63,331 bases of DNA, filler included, from Basidiobolus ranarum (GCA_040143965.1; 42 parts of 42 records of this genome joined end to end with filler, not necessarily neighbours in it); one strand, 5' to 3'; positions 48,386 to 61,927 are shown, numbered from the whole stretch's first letter. Notes: a model not told the origin generated them from the sequence alone. Made by a program: numbers and translations.

Positions 48386-48928
48386 CTTCTGGTTGTCCCT
48401 ATAGCTCTATTTCTTCTCTTGTAACAGATCCCCAAAGGTCCTTGTCTTCTGACACCATTTGTATCTTGAACTTTCAAAGGTGAAAGTCTTCACCATCAAA
48501 CTTCTCTATGGATGCAATAACATTCATAATAGTACTGATAGACATTCCTTTGACAGCTAGCTTGGGGCTCATAACTGGATAAAAGTGTTTTAGGGATTTG
48601 GAAGTGTTTTGGACAAGATTTGGATTTTTGAATTTGACATTTAAGTTTTGTTGAATGGAATATGTCCTATTTATAGTTTACTATGAAACAGAACAATTGG
48701 ATGTACTTAGATCATAACAAACATGCCTGTTAAGCATGGGTGAAAATTTGAGGTGATTTAGAGAGGTTTTGAGAAAATAGTGAAAATTGGTAAAAGTGAT
48801 CTAATTGATATTTCTATCTATTAGAGCAATAAATACATCTTTTTGAATGACAGAATTGAGTGCTAAATAAGCAGAATATGAAGAAACTAACTACTAAATG
48901 ATGAGTTGCTATTTCCCTAATTTCAACA
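48386..48928 (-). mobile_element. Copia family B 5' LTR (48577-48928), PBS (48564-48576) and gag start
   Basis: GTTATGAGCCCC PBS; IEKFDGEDFHL gag. Confidence 0.9.
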
Positions 48929-49572
48929 ATAATCAACAGCTTAAAAATTTGGAGACTGTGTGGAATCTTGCCTAAAATCACCTCAATTTGAGCCAGTTGT
49001 GGAATATCAAGAACTAGCCATTCCTCAGAAGGTTCTTGACTTAATCCATATGGCTTATCCTAGGTTTTGACAAGCAAAGCAAATTAGGCTAGCTTTGGCC
49101 TATTGAAGAAACATCTCCAAAATGAATGCAATTATTGACTTGGTAAAGAAAGAAAAGCAGCTAAAGATGTAGAAAAACACTGCAAGGCACACTGAGTAAT
49201 GTCACACCACAAGGATGTATGGAAATAGTAATAGTACCTGAAGGGTATAATTTAAGGTAAGAAGGGAAAAGCTCAGTGCAAGTATGCAACAAGTATCTTC
49301 AGAAGAACAACATTCAAGTTGACATTCATTCCAGTGTTGCACTATGCAGACATCTAGAAAAAACTTTACAGAAAGTGCCACAATATTGCAGGGTATCTGT
49401 CAAATAGCTGGCAGGATGTTGATTCAGCCTTGTTAATACTGCTGTGGGCTTTGATGTAGATATTGATACAAACCTGTATTGGATGTGAGATAAACCTTGG
49501 GTGTGAAGAACTCTACAAAATATTCCAGAAAATTCATCAGAGAATAAGGTAAATGCACAAAATTTGAGTTAA

Positions 49573-49790
49573 AGACTTGTTCCATTTTATTGAGCCAGAT
49601 CAGGCCAGTTAAAAAGTGTGCCAGCCCAAATTGGCATTATTGGGCACTATCCGGCATGATGCTATTTACCATTTTGGAAACAGTTTATTTTACTTATGTG
49701 GTATGTTTAAGAAAAGTACTTTGAGACATTATTGCACATTCAAAAGATAATGAAAGCTTTATTCATTGTGTCTTAAGTCTAGAGCTCTCA
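49573..49790. mobile_element. Tourist/PIF-like element end
   Basis: AGACTTGTTCCATT; reverse complement of 10612-10820. Confidence 0.8.
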
Positions 49791-50139
49791 NNNNNNNNNN
49801 NNNNNNNNNNNNNNNNNNNNNNNNNNNNNNNNNNTTAATTAATTAANNNNNNNNNNNNNNNNNNNNNNNNNNNNNNNNNNNNNNNNNNNNTTATCACATA
49901 GAGCAGAATATCAGCCTAAAGAAGGGGATGAGGCCTTTGGCCAACAAAATACTTCCTTACTGAAGCCCCACCAACTTCAAATTAGTGCAACTGCCCTTTC
50001 TTTCCTAATTCAAGCGCATTCCATGAAGACATCCACAAACTCCAATCTGAAGATGCATTGGTAATATCAATCAAGTACTCTCCTGCCTTCTAGCCTCTTG
50101 TTGTTGTTCCCAGTCCTTATCCAGTTCCTCATTGTGACA

Positions 50140-51295
50140 ACCTTCATGTCCAAATGGTTGTTTGGCTCTCACTGGTTATTGGAAAAACCTGAAGTCATGT
50201 ACTGTTTGCACACAATTGGCAATTACTAAATCAGGAAAATATTGTTCATATTTGGCTTACATACCATTGATTCCCTGTCTTAAAGTTTTGATGAAATCAC
50301 CCAAATATAAGTCATTGATCCAATACCTAAATACTCACCCTAGAGCTGATGGTATTAACAAGATACTTGATGGAAATCACTACCAGAATCTGAAAAGTCA
50401 AGGTTTCTTTGAGAACATGTATGATCATGCATTTGCATTGGCTCTGGATAGTTTCTCACCAAACAAATATACCATTGAAAAGGCTTGCTGGCCAATAATT
50501 TGAATCAACTAAAATCTTCCTCCTTCCAAATGGTATAAGAGTCAGAATATTCTGATACTATCCATCATAACTCGACCTAAATCACCAGTGCTTATAGATA
50601 GCTTCTTGGAGCCATTGATTGCGGAATTTGAACAGTTATCTAATGGGGTTTAGATGGGTGAATATTCTATTAAAGCTAACATCATTGTATGAATTGGTGA
50701 CACTCCTGCCATCAGTAAACTTGGAGTTTTTAATGGGCATAATGCACTAACTTGCTGTAGATTTTGTCAAATCAATGGAGTTTAATCTATAAGGCATATG
50801 CATTACTACCTCTAACAAAATAAAATTGATTTGATCTCAATTGGATCCACCCTCCAAAATATCAAAACAATCAGAGAACTGTCACAATATTGTTAGCTTG
50901 CATTCTGCAGGGGATTTTGATGGTGAGATGGTGGTTTCTTGATGGTATCTCGATGGTATTCATACATGTTAAAATATTGATCCTCAAACTTGGCATATGT
51001 TATTCAATATTCAGCAATTTTTGTAAAAATATAATTTTTGAATGGCAAATTACTGGGTTTACTACTGTAGGAAATTGAATTCATATGCATGCCTTTATTT
51101 AGATATTTAAGGCTTTGTATTCCAGCCATAATGAGAATCAAACAATACAAGAATCTTGTTTTGTTTAGTCTCTGCATATGCACATACTTGACTGATTAGA
51201 CATAACTCAACAACTACAATACGCTTTACCAGCAAACTAATGGTGGAAAAATTTCTAAACATCTGAAATTTTGAATAGCACTGACACATGGCCAA
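50140..51295. mobile_element. CMC transposase (+, 50140-50809) interrupted by an inverted CMC end (50810-51295)
   Basis: Junction cattactac|CTCTAACAAAAT. Confidence 0.85.
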
Positions 51296-51941
51296 NNNNN
51301 NNNNNNNNNNNNNNNNNNNNNNNNNNNNNNNNNNNNNNNTTAATTAATTAANNNNNNNNNNNNNNNNNNNNNNNNNNNNNNNNNNNNNNNNNNNNTGGTA
51401 AATTGATTTAAGCTTCATTATTACTTGAGTTAGTTTCTGGCATGTTAATGCCTTCCAAAGTGGATAGTGGATTGCTAGACTGTTCATCAATTAAGTCCGC
51501 TGTTTTTGCTGGTTTTTTTCATTTTCTGCCAGCAGGCTCTGGCTTGGAATCCAATTTTGACTTTGATTTTGAATGCTTTTTGAATGGCATTGAAATTTTC
51601 TGATAGTAAACTTGCTGTACTGAAATTGCTTAGAAACAGCTTCTAATAAACCAAAATTGCAATGCATTACTAGAAATACCTTGTAAATCCCCTGATGGCT
51701 TGGCTGTGACACTGTCTCAGAATCAGCTGATGATATTGTTGGGCTATACTTAAAATGCCACCCTTATATGGGAAGTGTTCTTTTTTCAACAATATCCTTC
51801 TCATGCCACAACACAAATATTTAAAGAAGCCCTGCTATTTTTGTTGCAAATTCTTGTGCTATGTAAGCTGGAGTCTTTGTAAAAAAATAATTACAAGCAT
51901 GGTCACTGTACAAAGCCACCAGCTGCACAAAGCCTGCTGTA

Positions 51942-52800
51942 CTCTAACAAAAATAGTATTGATTTGATCCAGATTGGATCCACCCTCCAAAATAGTAAAA
52001 CCATCAGAGAACCATCACAATATTGTTGGCTTGCATCCTGCCAGGGATTTTGATGATGTGACAGGGGTTTCTTGACGGTATTCATACATGTTAAAACATT
52101 GATCCTCAAATTTAGCATGCGTTATTCAATATCCAGCAATTTTTGCAAAAATATAATTTTCAAATGGCAAATTACTAGGTTTACTGCTGTAGGAATTCGA
52201 ATTAATATGCATGCCTTTATTTAGATATTTTAGGCTTTGCATTCCAGCCATAATGAGAATCAAAAAATACAAGAATGTCATTGTGTTTAGTCTCTATATA
52301 TGCACACGTTTGACTGATTAGACATAACTCAACAACATCAATATGCTTTACCAGCAAACTAACAGTGGAAAAATTGCTAAACATCTGGAACTTTGAATAG
52401 CATGGACACTTGGCAAATAGCTGACTCTTTTTACCATTCACAATGAGAATAAGCTCTTAGATTTTGGCAAATTTCCATAAAGAATTCAGCCAATATATCG
52501 CCAAGTTGCAGTCAACAAATGTCCTGCCACAAGTAGATGTGTCATTGCTTGAATAGATTACCCATGGCTAATAAAATAATACTTTGTATATCCATCTATC
52601 TCACCAAGAAGTCTGTCTTGTAGCTTTCCTAAAAATACCGTCAGATTATCACACAAGTCAATTAGTCCAATTATAAAGGTACTTACTCTATGTCCATGGA
52701 TTGGGCTTTGTTGCTGTTATTGTGCTCAAACAATGCAAAAACTGTGAGCACATTGAAAAGAGCCCTTTGTTGGCAGATTAATATACTCTGGAGTCTCCTT
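51942..52800 (-). mobile_element. CMC terminus and transposase C-terminus
   Basis: CTCTAACAAAAAT terminus; homologous to 4550-5400. Confidence 0.85.
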
Positions 52801-54090
52801 NNNNNNNNNNNNNNNNNNNNNNNNNNNNNNNNNNNNNNNNNNNNTTAATTAATTAANNNNNNNNNNNNNNNNNNNNNNNNNNNNNNNNNNNNNNNNNNNN
52901 GAGCATCAGGGCAAGGGCTTGAAGAGCTAATCTTGAGGCGGACATAGTAATTACTGATAAATCGGTAGTGTTAGAACCTGTCTGTAAGAACAATGAGTAT
53001 GATGAATCTAAACCAGTAGATTTTTTGCTGGCTCCACTGGTCGTAGTACTCATACTTATACTAGTCAACTGTCCGATCACGCACCTCTACTCCACATTAC
53101 CACGCCATTGGAAAATCAACTCCACAATGACCTTTTCTCCACTCATAACGCTACTAAGGGAAGATACGGTTTTCTTCTAGGAAAAAGCGAACATGATGGC
53201 TACACTATCCTCTGAATTTTTCCATTGCACTCATATATTCCACCATAATTGACACCATTAGTTTAACCTTTTATGCATAACACCCAGTCCAGCTGAAAAA
53301 GAAATCGTCCTATTAGGGTTATATTTCGTATTCATTAAGGAATTCCCATATCAAAGGTTAAGGTTCGATACACGAAGTAGTCTGTCAAACATGGAATTCC
53401 AATGAGCAAAGATTACTAGACAAACATCGATACTATGCTGGTATTCAATTCGTGGATAAAGTGGCCTTAAAATGTAGCAACAGTTTGTTTCAAAGCACCT
53501 CGCAAATAGTTCTGGTGGACGAACTATAGCTCCAGAACCATGAACCAGTTGACGGAAATGCGTGACTGGATTACAGAATAAACTTGAATGGTAATATTAA
53601 TTTGCCTTTAAGAATCTTCCAATAAGCTCTTGCCTATCTTGCTGCTTTTATTGGCTCATATGAAACCATACCATACCATACCATTGCGATAAGATTTTGT
53701 AGTCAACTCGATGCTACAAATAAGCCGCATTTCAAAAGGCATGCCAAAGTCACCCAAAATTACTGCATGTAAAACAGTTACATCACTTCTCAGTCATTTA
53801 CTTTTGAAAATCAAAGGTGAGACACATTATAGAAACACTGGAGCACTCTAGGAATTATTAGTGATATTATTTTTTAAAATGATCGCATTCCGAAATTAAT
53901 GATTCCTTATTTTAGAGAATTGCCTATTTTATCACTAATTGCAACAATTGATATTTCTTTTGTTCTATATTTTTTAGTCTACTTGTTAGTAATATCCTGT
54001 AACTAACATATAGGTAGAGTATTGGTTAGACTGCGTTATGATCTATTTCACTTTATTTATTCAAATGGACTAATCCCATGAGCATTTAAT

Positions 54091-54303
54091 TTAGCAAGAG
54101 CCAAGATTGATCCAAACATTTGGCCCATTGTCCCCTGGCTTATCATTTTGTGACCACCACTTCGCCTCCCAGAGTTGATTGTTGTAAATCACCTTGTTTC
54201 CTCCGTTGTATGCAACATTAGACTTCCATTCAGATGTGCCAGCACAGATGCCTGATCCTTCATCTGCGGTGGGCTTGGGTTCGTTGGTACTTGTAGATGT
54301 GGT
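54091..54303 (-). CDS. C-terminal CBM5/12 chitin-binding module after a Ser/Thr linker (probably a chitinase 3' end)
   Basis: CAGTSEWKSNVAYNGGNKVIYNNQLWEAKWWSQNDKPGDNGPNVWINLGSC*; AKWW motif; not in the ORF track. Confidence 0.9.
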   Translation of the reverse strand, partial: TTSTSTNEPKPTADEGSGICAGTSEWKSNVAYNGGNKVIYNNQLWEAKWWSQNDKPGDNGPNVWINLGSC

Positions 54304-54405
54304 AGNNNNNNNNNNNNNNNNNNNNNNNNNNNNNNNNNNNNNNNNNNNNTTAATTAATTAANNNNNNNNNNNNNNNNNNNNNNNNNNNNNNNNNNNNNNN
54401 NNNNN

Positions 54406-54902
54406 TGCATTTTGAACTTCCAGAAATTGTAGTTTTCTCCATCAAGCTTTTCAACACTTGAGTTAATAAAAGTGGTAGTAGTGGTTTCTGTCATGCTGTA
54501 AAGGTTAGAACACAGGTCTCATAACCTATTGGGAAAATATGGGCTGTTTGGAGAAATTTTAGAAAAGTGGAGTTGTGAATAGCTTTGTGAGATAATTGGT
54601 TATTCTCCAGATATAAAGCATTTATACTTTTTGATGGAAATACAGAAAACTAACACTAGGGTTGTGTTTACAACATCTGTGGGAGTAAAATGAGCTATCT
54701 TTGGGTAATTTGGATGAGTTTGAAATTTCCAATATGGAACCACTAATTCTCACATTATTCACATATATATACAATATATGTTCCAATTTTCAGCTAATGA
54801 TATTTGACTGAGTAATGTTAACTATCTTATATGTGATATATGAAATAGTTAGGTGTATAAAGATAGAGATAACAAATATGATAAAGACAATAAATTTCAA
54901 CA
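54406..54902 (-). mobile_element. Copia family A 5' LTR (54527-54902), PBS (54515-54526) and gag start (ATG 54494)
   Basis: CCCAATA-GGTTATGAGACC; MTETTTTTFINSSVEKLDGENYNFWKFKM. Confidence 0.93.
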
Positions 54903-55810
54903 ATTTTATGAACATCATTGATGATAAGGCAAAGAATACTTGGGTATACCTTCTGGCCAGTAAGGATGAAGCCTTTGATATCTTTGCAACATTCAAAGCA
55001 ATGGTGGAGACTCAAACAGGTCTAAAGATTAAGATCATCTACATTGATAATGGAGGGGAATATATCTCAAAACTCTTCTCTAACTTCTGCTCAACACATG
55101 GGATAGAACAGGAGACTTTAGTGATGTATTCTCCACAGCAGAATGGAGTAGCCAAATGTGCAAAAAGATCATTAAAGGAAAAGGCAGATCAATGCTTCAT
55201 GATCAAGATTTACCAAAACCATTCGGGGCTGAATTGGTTGCATCTGTAGTATATATTAGGAATAGATGGCCTTCTAGGTCTAAATTGGCTATAACACCTT
55301 ATCATGCTTGGTTTGGAAGTAAACCTGATGTGGCTAATCCCAGAATATTTGGAAATATCACATATGCAACAATTCCAGACCAGAAGAGATCAAAATTAGA
55401 CCAAAAGAGCCAGAAATGTCTTTTTTTGGGATATTGTTATGGGATAAAAGGGTACAGACTGTATGACACTGGAATTAAGAAGCTAATCCAGTTAAGGGAT
55501 GTGGAATTTGCTGAAGAAAAAATATTTGCAATGAAAACAATCCAGGATCAAGAAAAACAACTAAAAACTGATGAAAATTCTTCTTTTTCTCACCAAATGC
55601 TAATCAGTGAGAAAACCATTAAAATTCCTCACCCGCAGTCTCCTCAACTAAGCCTGATGTGGTTTCATTGCCTAAATCTTTAACAGAAGCTGTAGTGCCA
55701 ATTTCCCAGCTTAGGAGATCCAATTGGATGAGATCTCTGCCTGATTACTACTCTCACACAAGCCAAAAGGGGCCTAGTCTTGATTTAGCTTTTTCTGATG
55801 AGCCAAATCA
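54903..55810 (+). mobile_element. Copia integrase fragment
   Basis: IDNGGEY, PQQNGVA and KLDQKSQKCLFLGY motifs. Confidence 0.95.
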
Positions 55811-55910
55811 NNNNNNNNNNNNNNNNNNNNNNNNNNNNNNNNNNNNNNNNNNNNTTAATTAATTAANNNNNNNNNNNNNNNNNNNNNNNNNNNNNNNNNN
55901 NNNNNNNNNN

Positions 55911-57315
55911 TGATTCCCCATCTTAAAGTTTTGATGAAATCACCCAAATATAGATCATTGATCCAATACCAAAGTACTCACCATAAAGCTGATAGTATTA
56001 CCAATATACTTGATGGATGACCCTACAAGAATCTGAAAAGTCAAGGTTTCTTTGAGAACACATATGATCATTCATTTGCATTGGCTCTGGATGGTTTCTC
56101 ACTTAACAAAGATAGCATTGGAAAGGCTTGCTGGCCAATAATTTTAATCAACTTAAATCTTCCTCCTTCTGAATGGTATAACAGTCATAATATTTTGAGA
56201 CTATTCATCATATCTTGACCTAAATCACTAGTACTTATAGATAGCTTCTTGCAGCCTTTGACTGTGGAATGTGAATGGTTATTTAGTGGGGTTCAGATGG
56301 GTGAATATTTTGTTAAAGCTAATATCATTGCATGTATTGGTGACACTCCTGCCATTTGTAAACATTGAGGTTTTTGCCGGCACAATGCACTATCTTGCTG
56401 TAGATTTTGTCAAATCAATGGAGTTTACTCTAACAGGCATACACATTACAACTATCTGAATGCAACACTAAACTTCATGATTTTACCATCAAGAGCCTAC
56501 TCAGATATCACATGCTCACTGATGTCAATTCACCAAATAGTCAGTCTAATATCAAACTTGGTATTAGCCATAAGCCTAAGATGAAATTGCTAAAGGGGAT
56601 CAGCTGGAGCCAGAGCTTCCCATTAGGCACTATGCACTTACTATTCAACAACATTCCAATACTACTTACTCAGCTATGTGGCAGAAAATTCAATGTGAAT
56701 AAGTCATTCAAGATAGGATCAAAGCTTGAACCAATTGGGAAAATTCTTGAAAATGTTAAGATACCATTATATTTTGCCAGGACTTGCATCAATATCCACC
56801 CACTGGGTGTTTATTCAAATGCAAAGATTGTAAGTATTGGATTTGTATATATTCAAGTGGAATTTTGAAAAGATTTCTGCCTGATAAGTATTTGCAACAT
56901 TGAGAGTTGTTTGTCAATATTGTTAATATATTCTTTCAGCATCAACTCACATTTGCTGATCTCAGGCAGATACAGCAACTGTGCAAAGATTTTGTAATTG
57001 GATATCAAAAACTTTATTACAGGTTTAGAGAAGATAGACTGAATCTATGCCAGTATCCAATACATTCCCTGCTACATCTTTTACAATGCTTAGAGATTAT
57101 AGGCCCTTGCTATACATTCTGGGAGTTCCCAATGGAGCACACCTGTGGTGAAATGATTCTCTGTGTGAAATTTTCAGTATTACCATATGCTAATCTGATT
57201 AACAATGTATCAGCAAAATCAATGATGGTGGTAATGCAATGGGTTAAGGAGACTCCAGAGTATATTAACCTGCTAACAAAGGGCTCTTTTCAATGTGCTC
57301 ATGGGTTTTTGCATT
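55911..57315 (+). mobile_element. CMC transposase fragment
   Basis: ALALDGF...CWPIILINLNLPP...HSLLHL...WEFPMEH. Confidence 0.9.
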
Positions 57316-57415
57316 NNNNNNNNNNNNNNNNNNNNNNNNNNNNNNNNNNNNNNNNNNNNTTAATTAATTAANNNNNNNNNNNNNNNNNNNNNNNNNNNNN
57401 NNNNNNNNNNNNNNN

Positions 57416-58369
57416 TCTGAAATCGGCGGTGGTATTCCAAACGTCATGATTTAAGGAGATGAATTTACCTACTTTAGGATTAGTAGGTCCGGTTTGCTCC
57501 ACGTATTCTTCATACATCTCATCGATTGTATTGACTGGATCCCAATCCACAGGATCTACATTCCAAGTTACGACGGTATAACCCATACGTTTGAAAATCT
57601 TCAGAGCGGAAGCATCGGTGTCACCATAGGGTGGTCTCATACAAGTAGGCACCTTGCTGAGGATTTTAGCGAGAGCATGATTTAATCTGGTCATTTCATA
57701 GACGACTTCATCTTCATCAACCGTGATTAAATCCGTATGAGCCCAAGTATGTGAGCAAATTTGATGACCGGCATTATAAGCACGTCTCACCACATCTGAA
57801 AGTTGATAAATATTTAAGGTTGGATTTAGAGTATCAGCATTCTTTTCATTCAATCCATTCACGAAAAAGGTGGATTTCACTTTTTTGGTATCTAAATAAT
57901 CCAATAATCCCGGAGTAAGAACACTTGGTTCATCATCGAATGTTACCGAAAATGTTCCTGGTTGTGTGCATCTGGTGATGACTTGTCCTTTATTTTTATC
58001 ATCGCATCCATCGTAATTTCTTTGACATTTAGTGCCGCAATGATCCGAGGTATAACCACAGTATCCCCATTGACTACAGCATAATCCTGCTGCACAAGAG
58101 CCATATTTAGCACCACACTGTTCGTCTAAGTACTTGACAAGTGGAGTAGCGGTAGCCTTTGAAGTAGTGCTAGTGGTAGTTTTAGTAGAGGTAGAGCTAG
58201 TGATGGCTCGTGCACTTGAAGAAGTGGTAGATTGTCCAGTGCTTGTAGAACTAACCCTAAGGTTTATAGACTTGGGAGCTCAATTTGCTCTTCTGATTTT
58301 TTTATGAGGAGCAGCTTCGATAGATGTTGCAGTCAGTGCAATAAGCAGCAATGGAAGGAAAGACTTCAT
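57416..58369 (-). pseudogene. Secreted chitin deacetylase (signal peptide, S/T linker, CBM18, CE4/NodB) with one in-frame TGA
   Basis: MKSFLPLLLIALTATSIEA; CGAKYGSCAAGLCCSQWGYCG; TFDDEP, HTWAH, RPPYG, DPVDW and LNHD motifs; TGA at codon 30 (58280-58282). Confidence 0.85.
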
Positions 58370-59700
58370 AGTAAAAACCTCGGATGATTCAACAGAAACT
58401 TAAGATTATCACACTGAACATGATTTAACTCTTTCATACTTCAAAGAAGATTAATTATGAATATATACTATACCTTTGCATAAATAGGGTCTATTAGCAG
58501 CTGACTATAGGCAAAACCAGATGACAAAAGAGTTTGAATATTGTTTATTGTCCAGTGTGGTTAGTTACTTCTCGCATTTACAGAGCTGATGGATTTTAAT
58601 TAGTAGAATTACCATATAGGGTTAATATGTATTCTTCCATATTTTGAACCGAAACATATTGCCCCAGATCTTGTTTATGGCTACGGCTATAGCATTCAAT
58701 TATGCCAGAGTTGGCGTTGTATATAGTTAACAGTCATAACAATGGATCCAAACCAACACCAAACCACGATTGTACCAGTTTTGAAGATCGTAAGTCTGGT
58801 GATAATACTGAGTACATGGNNNNNNNNNNNNNNNNNNNNNNNNNNNNNNNNNNNNNNNNNNNNTTAATTAATTAANNNNNNNNNNNNNNNNNNNNNNNNN
58901 NNNNNNNNNNNNNNNNNNNTCATGATCATAGGCTGCTTTGAGAGGAGTATTAACAATAAAGTAAACTTTCATTCATCACTTATTGCAATGATGCTGATCT
59001 AAGATAGCTAGGATTGAGCAGGATACATGACAACTTTACATCTCTAGCCAGTGCATGATTCATGTTAACTCAAGTCTGCCTAATGATGCATATAGCAGCT
59101 TATTATAGCTCAACATATGCTAAATGGATTAGATAAATTATATGTTGTATTAAAAACTTTGTAGTTGATCTAGTTACATGTGTAAACAGCCATCTATCTA
59201 CATGTTAGGTGTGTATACATTTCCCTCTGCATCAGAGAGAAAAATGAAGTGAAGAACATGGAATCAGCAAGTTTATACTACTGCACCAGTGAGGAACTAT
59301 AACATCTACAGGCTGTGGGATGATATCAATTATACTGAGCAAATAAGTAAACATCTGTGAGCTGGTACTATGAGTATAAATATGAAAGCAGTTAGTCAGT
59401 AACTGATCATCACCTTTCTGAATTCACTTAGGTATTGGAAAGACATTCAGAAATATAGAGCCTCTTCTGTTAAACAATCAATCTCAAGATAGTATCATTA
59501 TATTTGTTTTTCTCTAGCAATCCTGGCTAAATTGATTTAAATTCTGCACCAACATGTAAGTTAGCATAACCTAGGCACTTACTGCCCAAGTAGTATACAT
59601 ATCAATAATCATAGCTTTCAGTTTACTTTATGAGATTTTAAAATCATTTACAAGAATAAATACACCAGGTCATATGGAAATTATGTGACTTATATGCTCA

Positions 59701-59975
59701 TCAAAATTGAGTGAGAATTAGGACAGCAATCTCCTAAGACACAGTCAAAGTATAGGGTCATATCTTTCTTTGACTCATCTATTGGTGTATTCAAGTTTTA
59801 TGGATGTAGATATAGCGCTTGTAGGTGAAATGTATCCTAATCTAAATTAAGTGAGAACTAGGATAACAACCTCCTAATACACAGTCAAAGTTAAGCATCA
59901 TTTCCTTCATCAACTCACCTGTGAATGCATTCCAGTTTTCAGGATAAAGATATGGTGCTTGTAGGTGGAAGTAGC
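59701..59975. repeat. Diverged tandem duplication, period about 140 bp
   Basis: aatt.agtgagaa.tagga.a.caa.ctcctaa.acacagtcaaag at about 59705 and about 59845. Confidence 0.65.
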
Positions 59976-60084
59976 AATAAAAAGGAAGGAAAGGAAGAAA
60001 AACTAAATGGATAATGGATGAAAAGCCAGGTTTGCAGGTATTAAGAAAGGAAATGTACAAGGAATAGTCATTTCCCTCTTTTGA

Positions 60085-60323
60085 AACAGTGCATGGAACC
60101 AATGATCAAGTTTGCAAAATTAAAGTGAAAATGCTCCAGCAAGAAAAAGAACTTTTGGACACTGTTGTAGGAAAAGAAAACAATGCAAGATATATGAAAC
60201 CAAAGTTTTACTTCAGGTTAAAAGAGAACAAAGTACCTTTAACACAATTTGCCTTAATGTTAAAGACAAATTGCTAATTCAATCTTCAAAAGCTAAAACT
60301 GCCAAGAAGGTATGGAAAGCCTT
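60085..60323 (+). mobile_element. Decayed Copia family C gag fragment
   Basis: KMLQQEKELLDTV; similar to the reverse complement of 17310-17540. Confidence 0.65.
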
Positions 60324-61019
60324 NNNNNNNNNNNNNNNNNNNNNNNNNNNNNNNNNNNNNNNNNNNNTTAATTAATTAANNNNNNNNNNNNNNNNNNNNN
60401 NNNNNNNNNNNNNNNNNNNNNNNCTCTCCTAGAACCACATTCCAGAAACACCTTTCAAGGCCAATCCAATGACCCCCCCCCAGCAATCCAAGTACAAGAA
60501 CACTCTATATATAAAGTTAGCAAAATTCTGGATTCCCAAATATATTGAGGTAAATTGCAATATTTTGTGGGCTGGAAGTGACTTTTAGTAAATGATCCAT
60601 CAAGGGAACCAGCAACAAATCTTTCCAATGCAGAGAAACATTACTAGGATTTTCACAAAGCCTGCCTGGAAAAATGAGGCCCTATATTTTCTGGCAGCCA
60701 TGACTAAAAGAGGGGATACTATCACAATACTGATCTTTGTATTCTAATCCGCTGCAAATGGAACTCTACTATTTTTAGAATATGACATCATATAAGCTGT
60801 GCCATCCTATCTTGTCAATCTTGTGCTAGTTCATCCAGGTTACCTTATATGGAAGTCATACTCTTTGGAACATTCCATGAAACCTAACCAATCATGTCAG
60901 TAAGCATATAGTGTATTTTCCCGCACATGGAATATTTCCACCAAGACCATCCTTATTAATACTTACTGATTGTATAATTTGCTAAGATATTATCCTTTAT
61001 TCAGAAATGGTATTTACTT

Positions 61020-61827
61020 AGAACATTGACATCAATTTTGAAGTTCTCAGATATATAGATTTTTCAAACTTGTGTCAGAAGGCCCAAACTTTGAACACAT
61101 GTTCCTGGGACCTTCCTGAACACATTCTACTTGTTTGTTTGTCTGTTTCTTGGCAAAACTAGAAATGGCAACTCTCTACTCAACAAATAAACAAGTGAAA
61201 ACACCAAATTCTATAACTCTCCATACCACTTCCAACAAGCTACCAAGTACTTTAACATTGTCAATAATCTTTTTGCATACTTATAATATATTAAAACAGA
61301 TGTTTTTCCTGGACTCCTCTTAGATATATAGTAGTTAGATCCTCAAATTTGGCATGCGCTATTCAAGATCTGGCAATTTTTGCAAAAATATAATTTTCAA
61401 ATGGCAAATCACTGGGTTTACTGCTGCAGGAATTCAAATCAATATGCATGCCTTTATTTAGATAATTTAGGCTTTGTATTACAGCCTTAATGAAAATCAA
61501 AAAGTACAAGAATCTTGTAGTGTTTAGTCTCTATATATGTAAATACATCAATGATCAGACATAACTCAGCAACATCAAAATGCTTTATCAGCAAACTACT
61601 GTATGAAAAATTTTGAATTGCACAGACACTTGGCAAATAGCTGAATCTTGTTACCATTCACAATAAGAATAAGCTGTTGGATAAGACAAGTGTTTTCCAC
61701 TTGTACCAGGTCTGTGACAATAAGGAACTGGACAAGGACTGGAAACAATGACAAGAGGCTAGAAGGCAGGAGAGTACTTGGGTGTAGACCACAAGACAAG
61801 ACTGGACAAGGAATATACTTTGGCTAG
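61020..61827. mobile_element. Nested debris: LTR C (to 61257), CMC 3' region (about 61337-61674), LTR start at 61675, LTR E from 61713
   Basis: Similarity to copies elsewhere in the window; TG-starting junctions. Confidence 0.7.
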
Positions 61828-61927
61828 NNNNNNNNNNNNNNNNNNNNNNNNNNNNNNNNNNNNNNNNNNNNTTAATTAATTAANNNNNNNNNNNNNNNNN
61901 NNNNNNNNNNNNNNNNNNNNNNNNNNN

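Noticed and set aside
52901-53260. Possible degraded gene
   Set aside because: No frame stays open with recognisable homology.
58280-58282. Selenocysteine or alternative genetic code at the TGA
   Set aside because: It lies in a non-catalytic linker, no SECIS can be assessed, and CGA-to-TGA decay is simpler.
1418-61927. Regularly spaced TTAATTAATTAA repeats as a CRISPR-like or biological array
   Set aside because: Always centred in 88 Ns between size-sorted contigs; it is an artificial linker. ORFs ending in X runs or LIN are artefacts of it.
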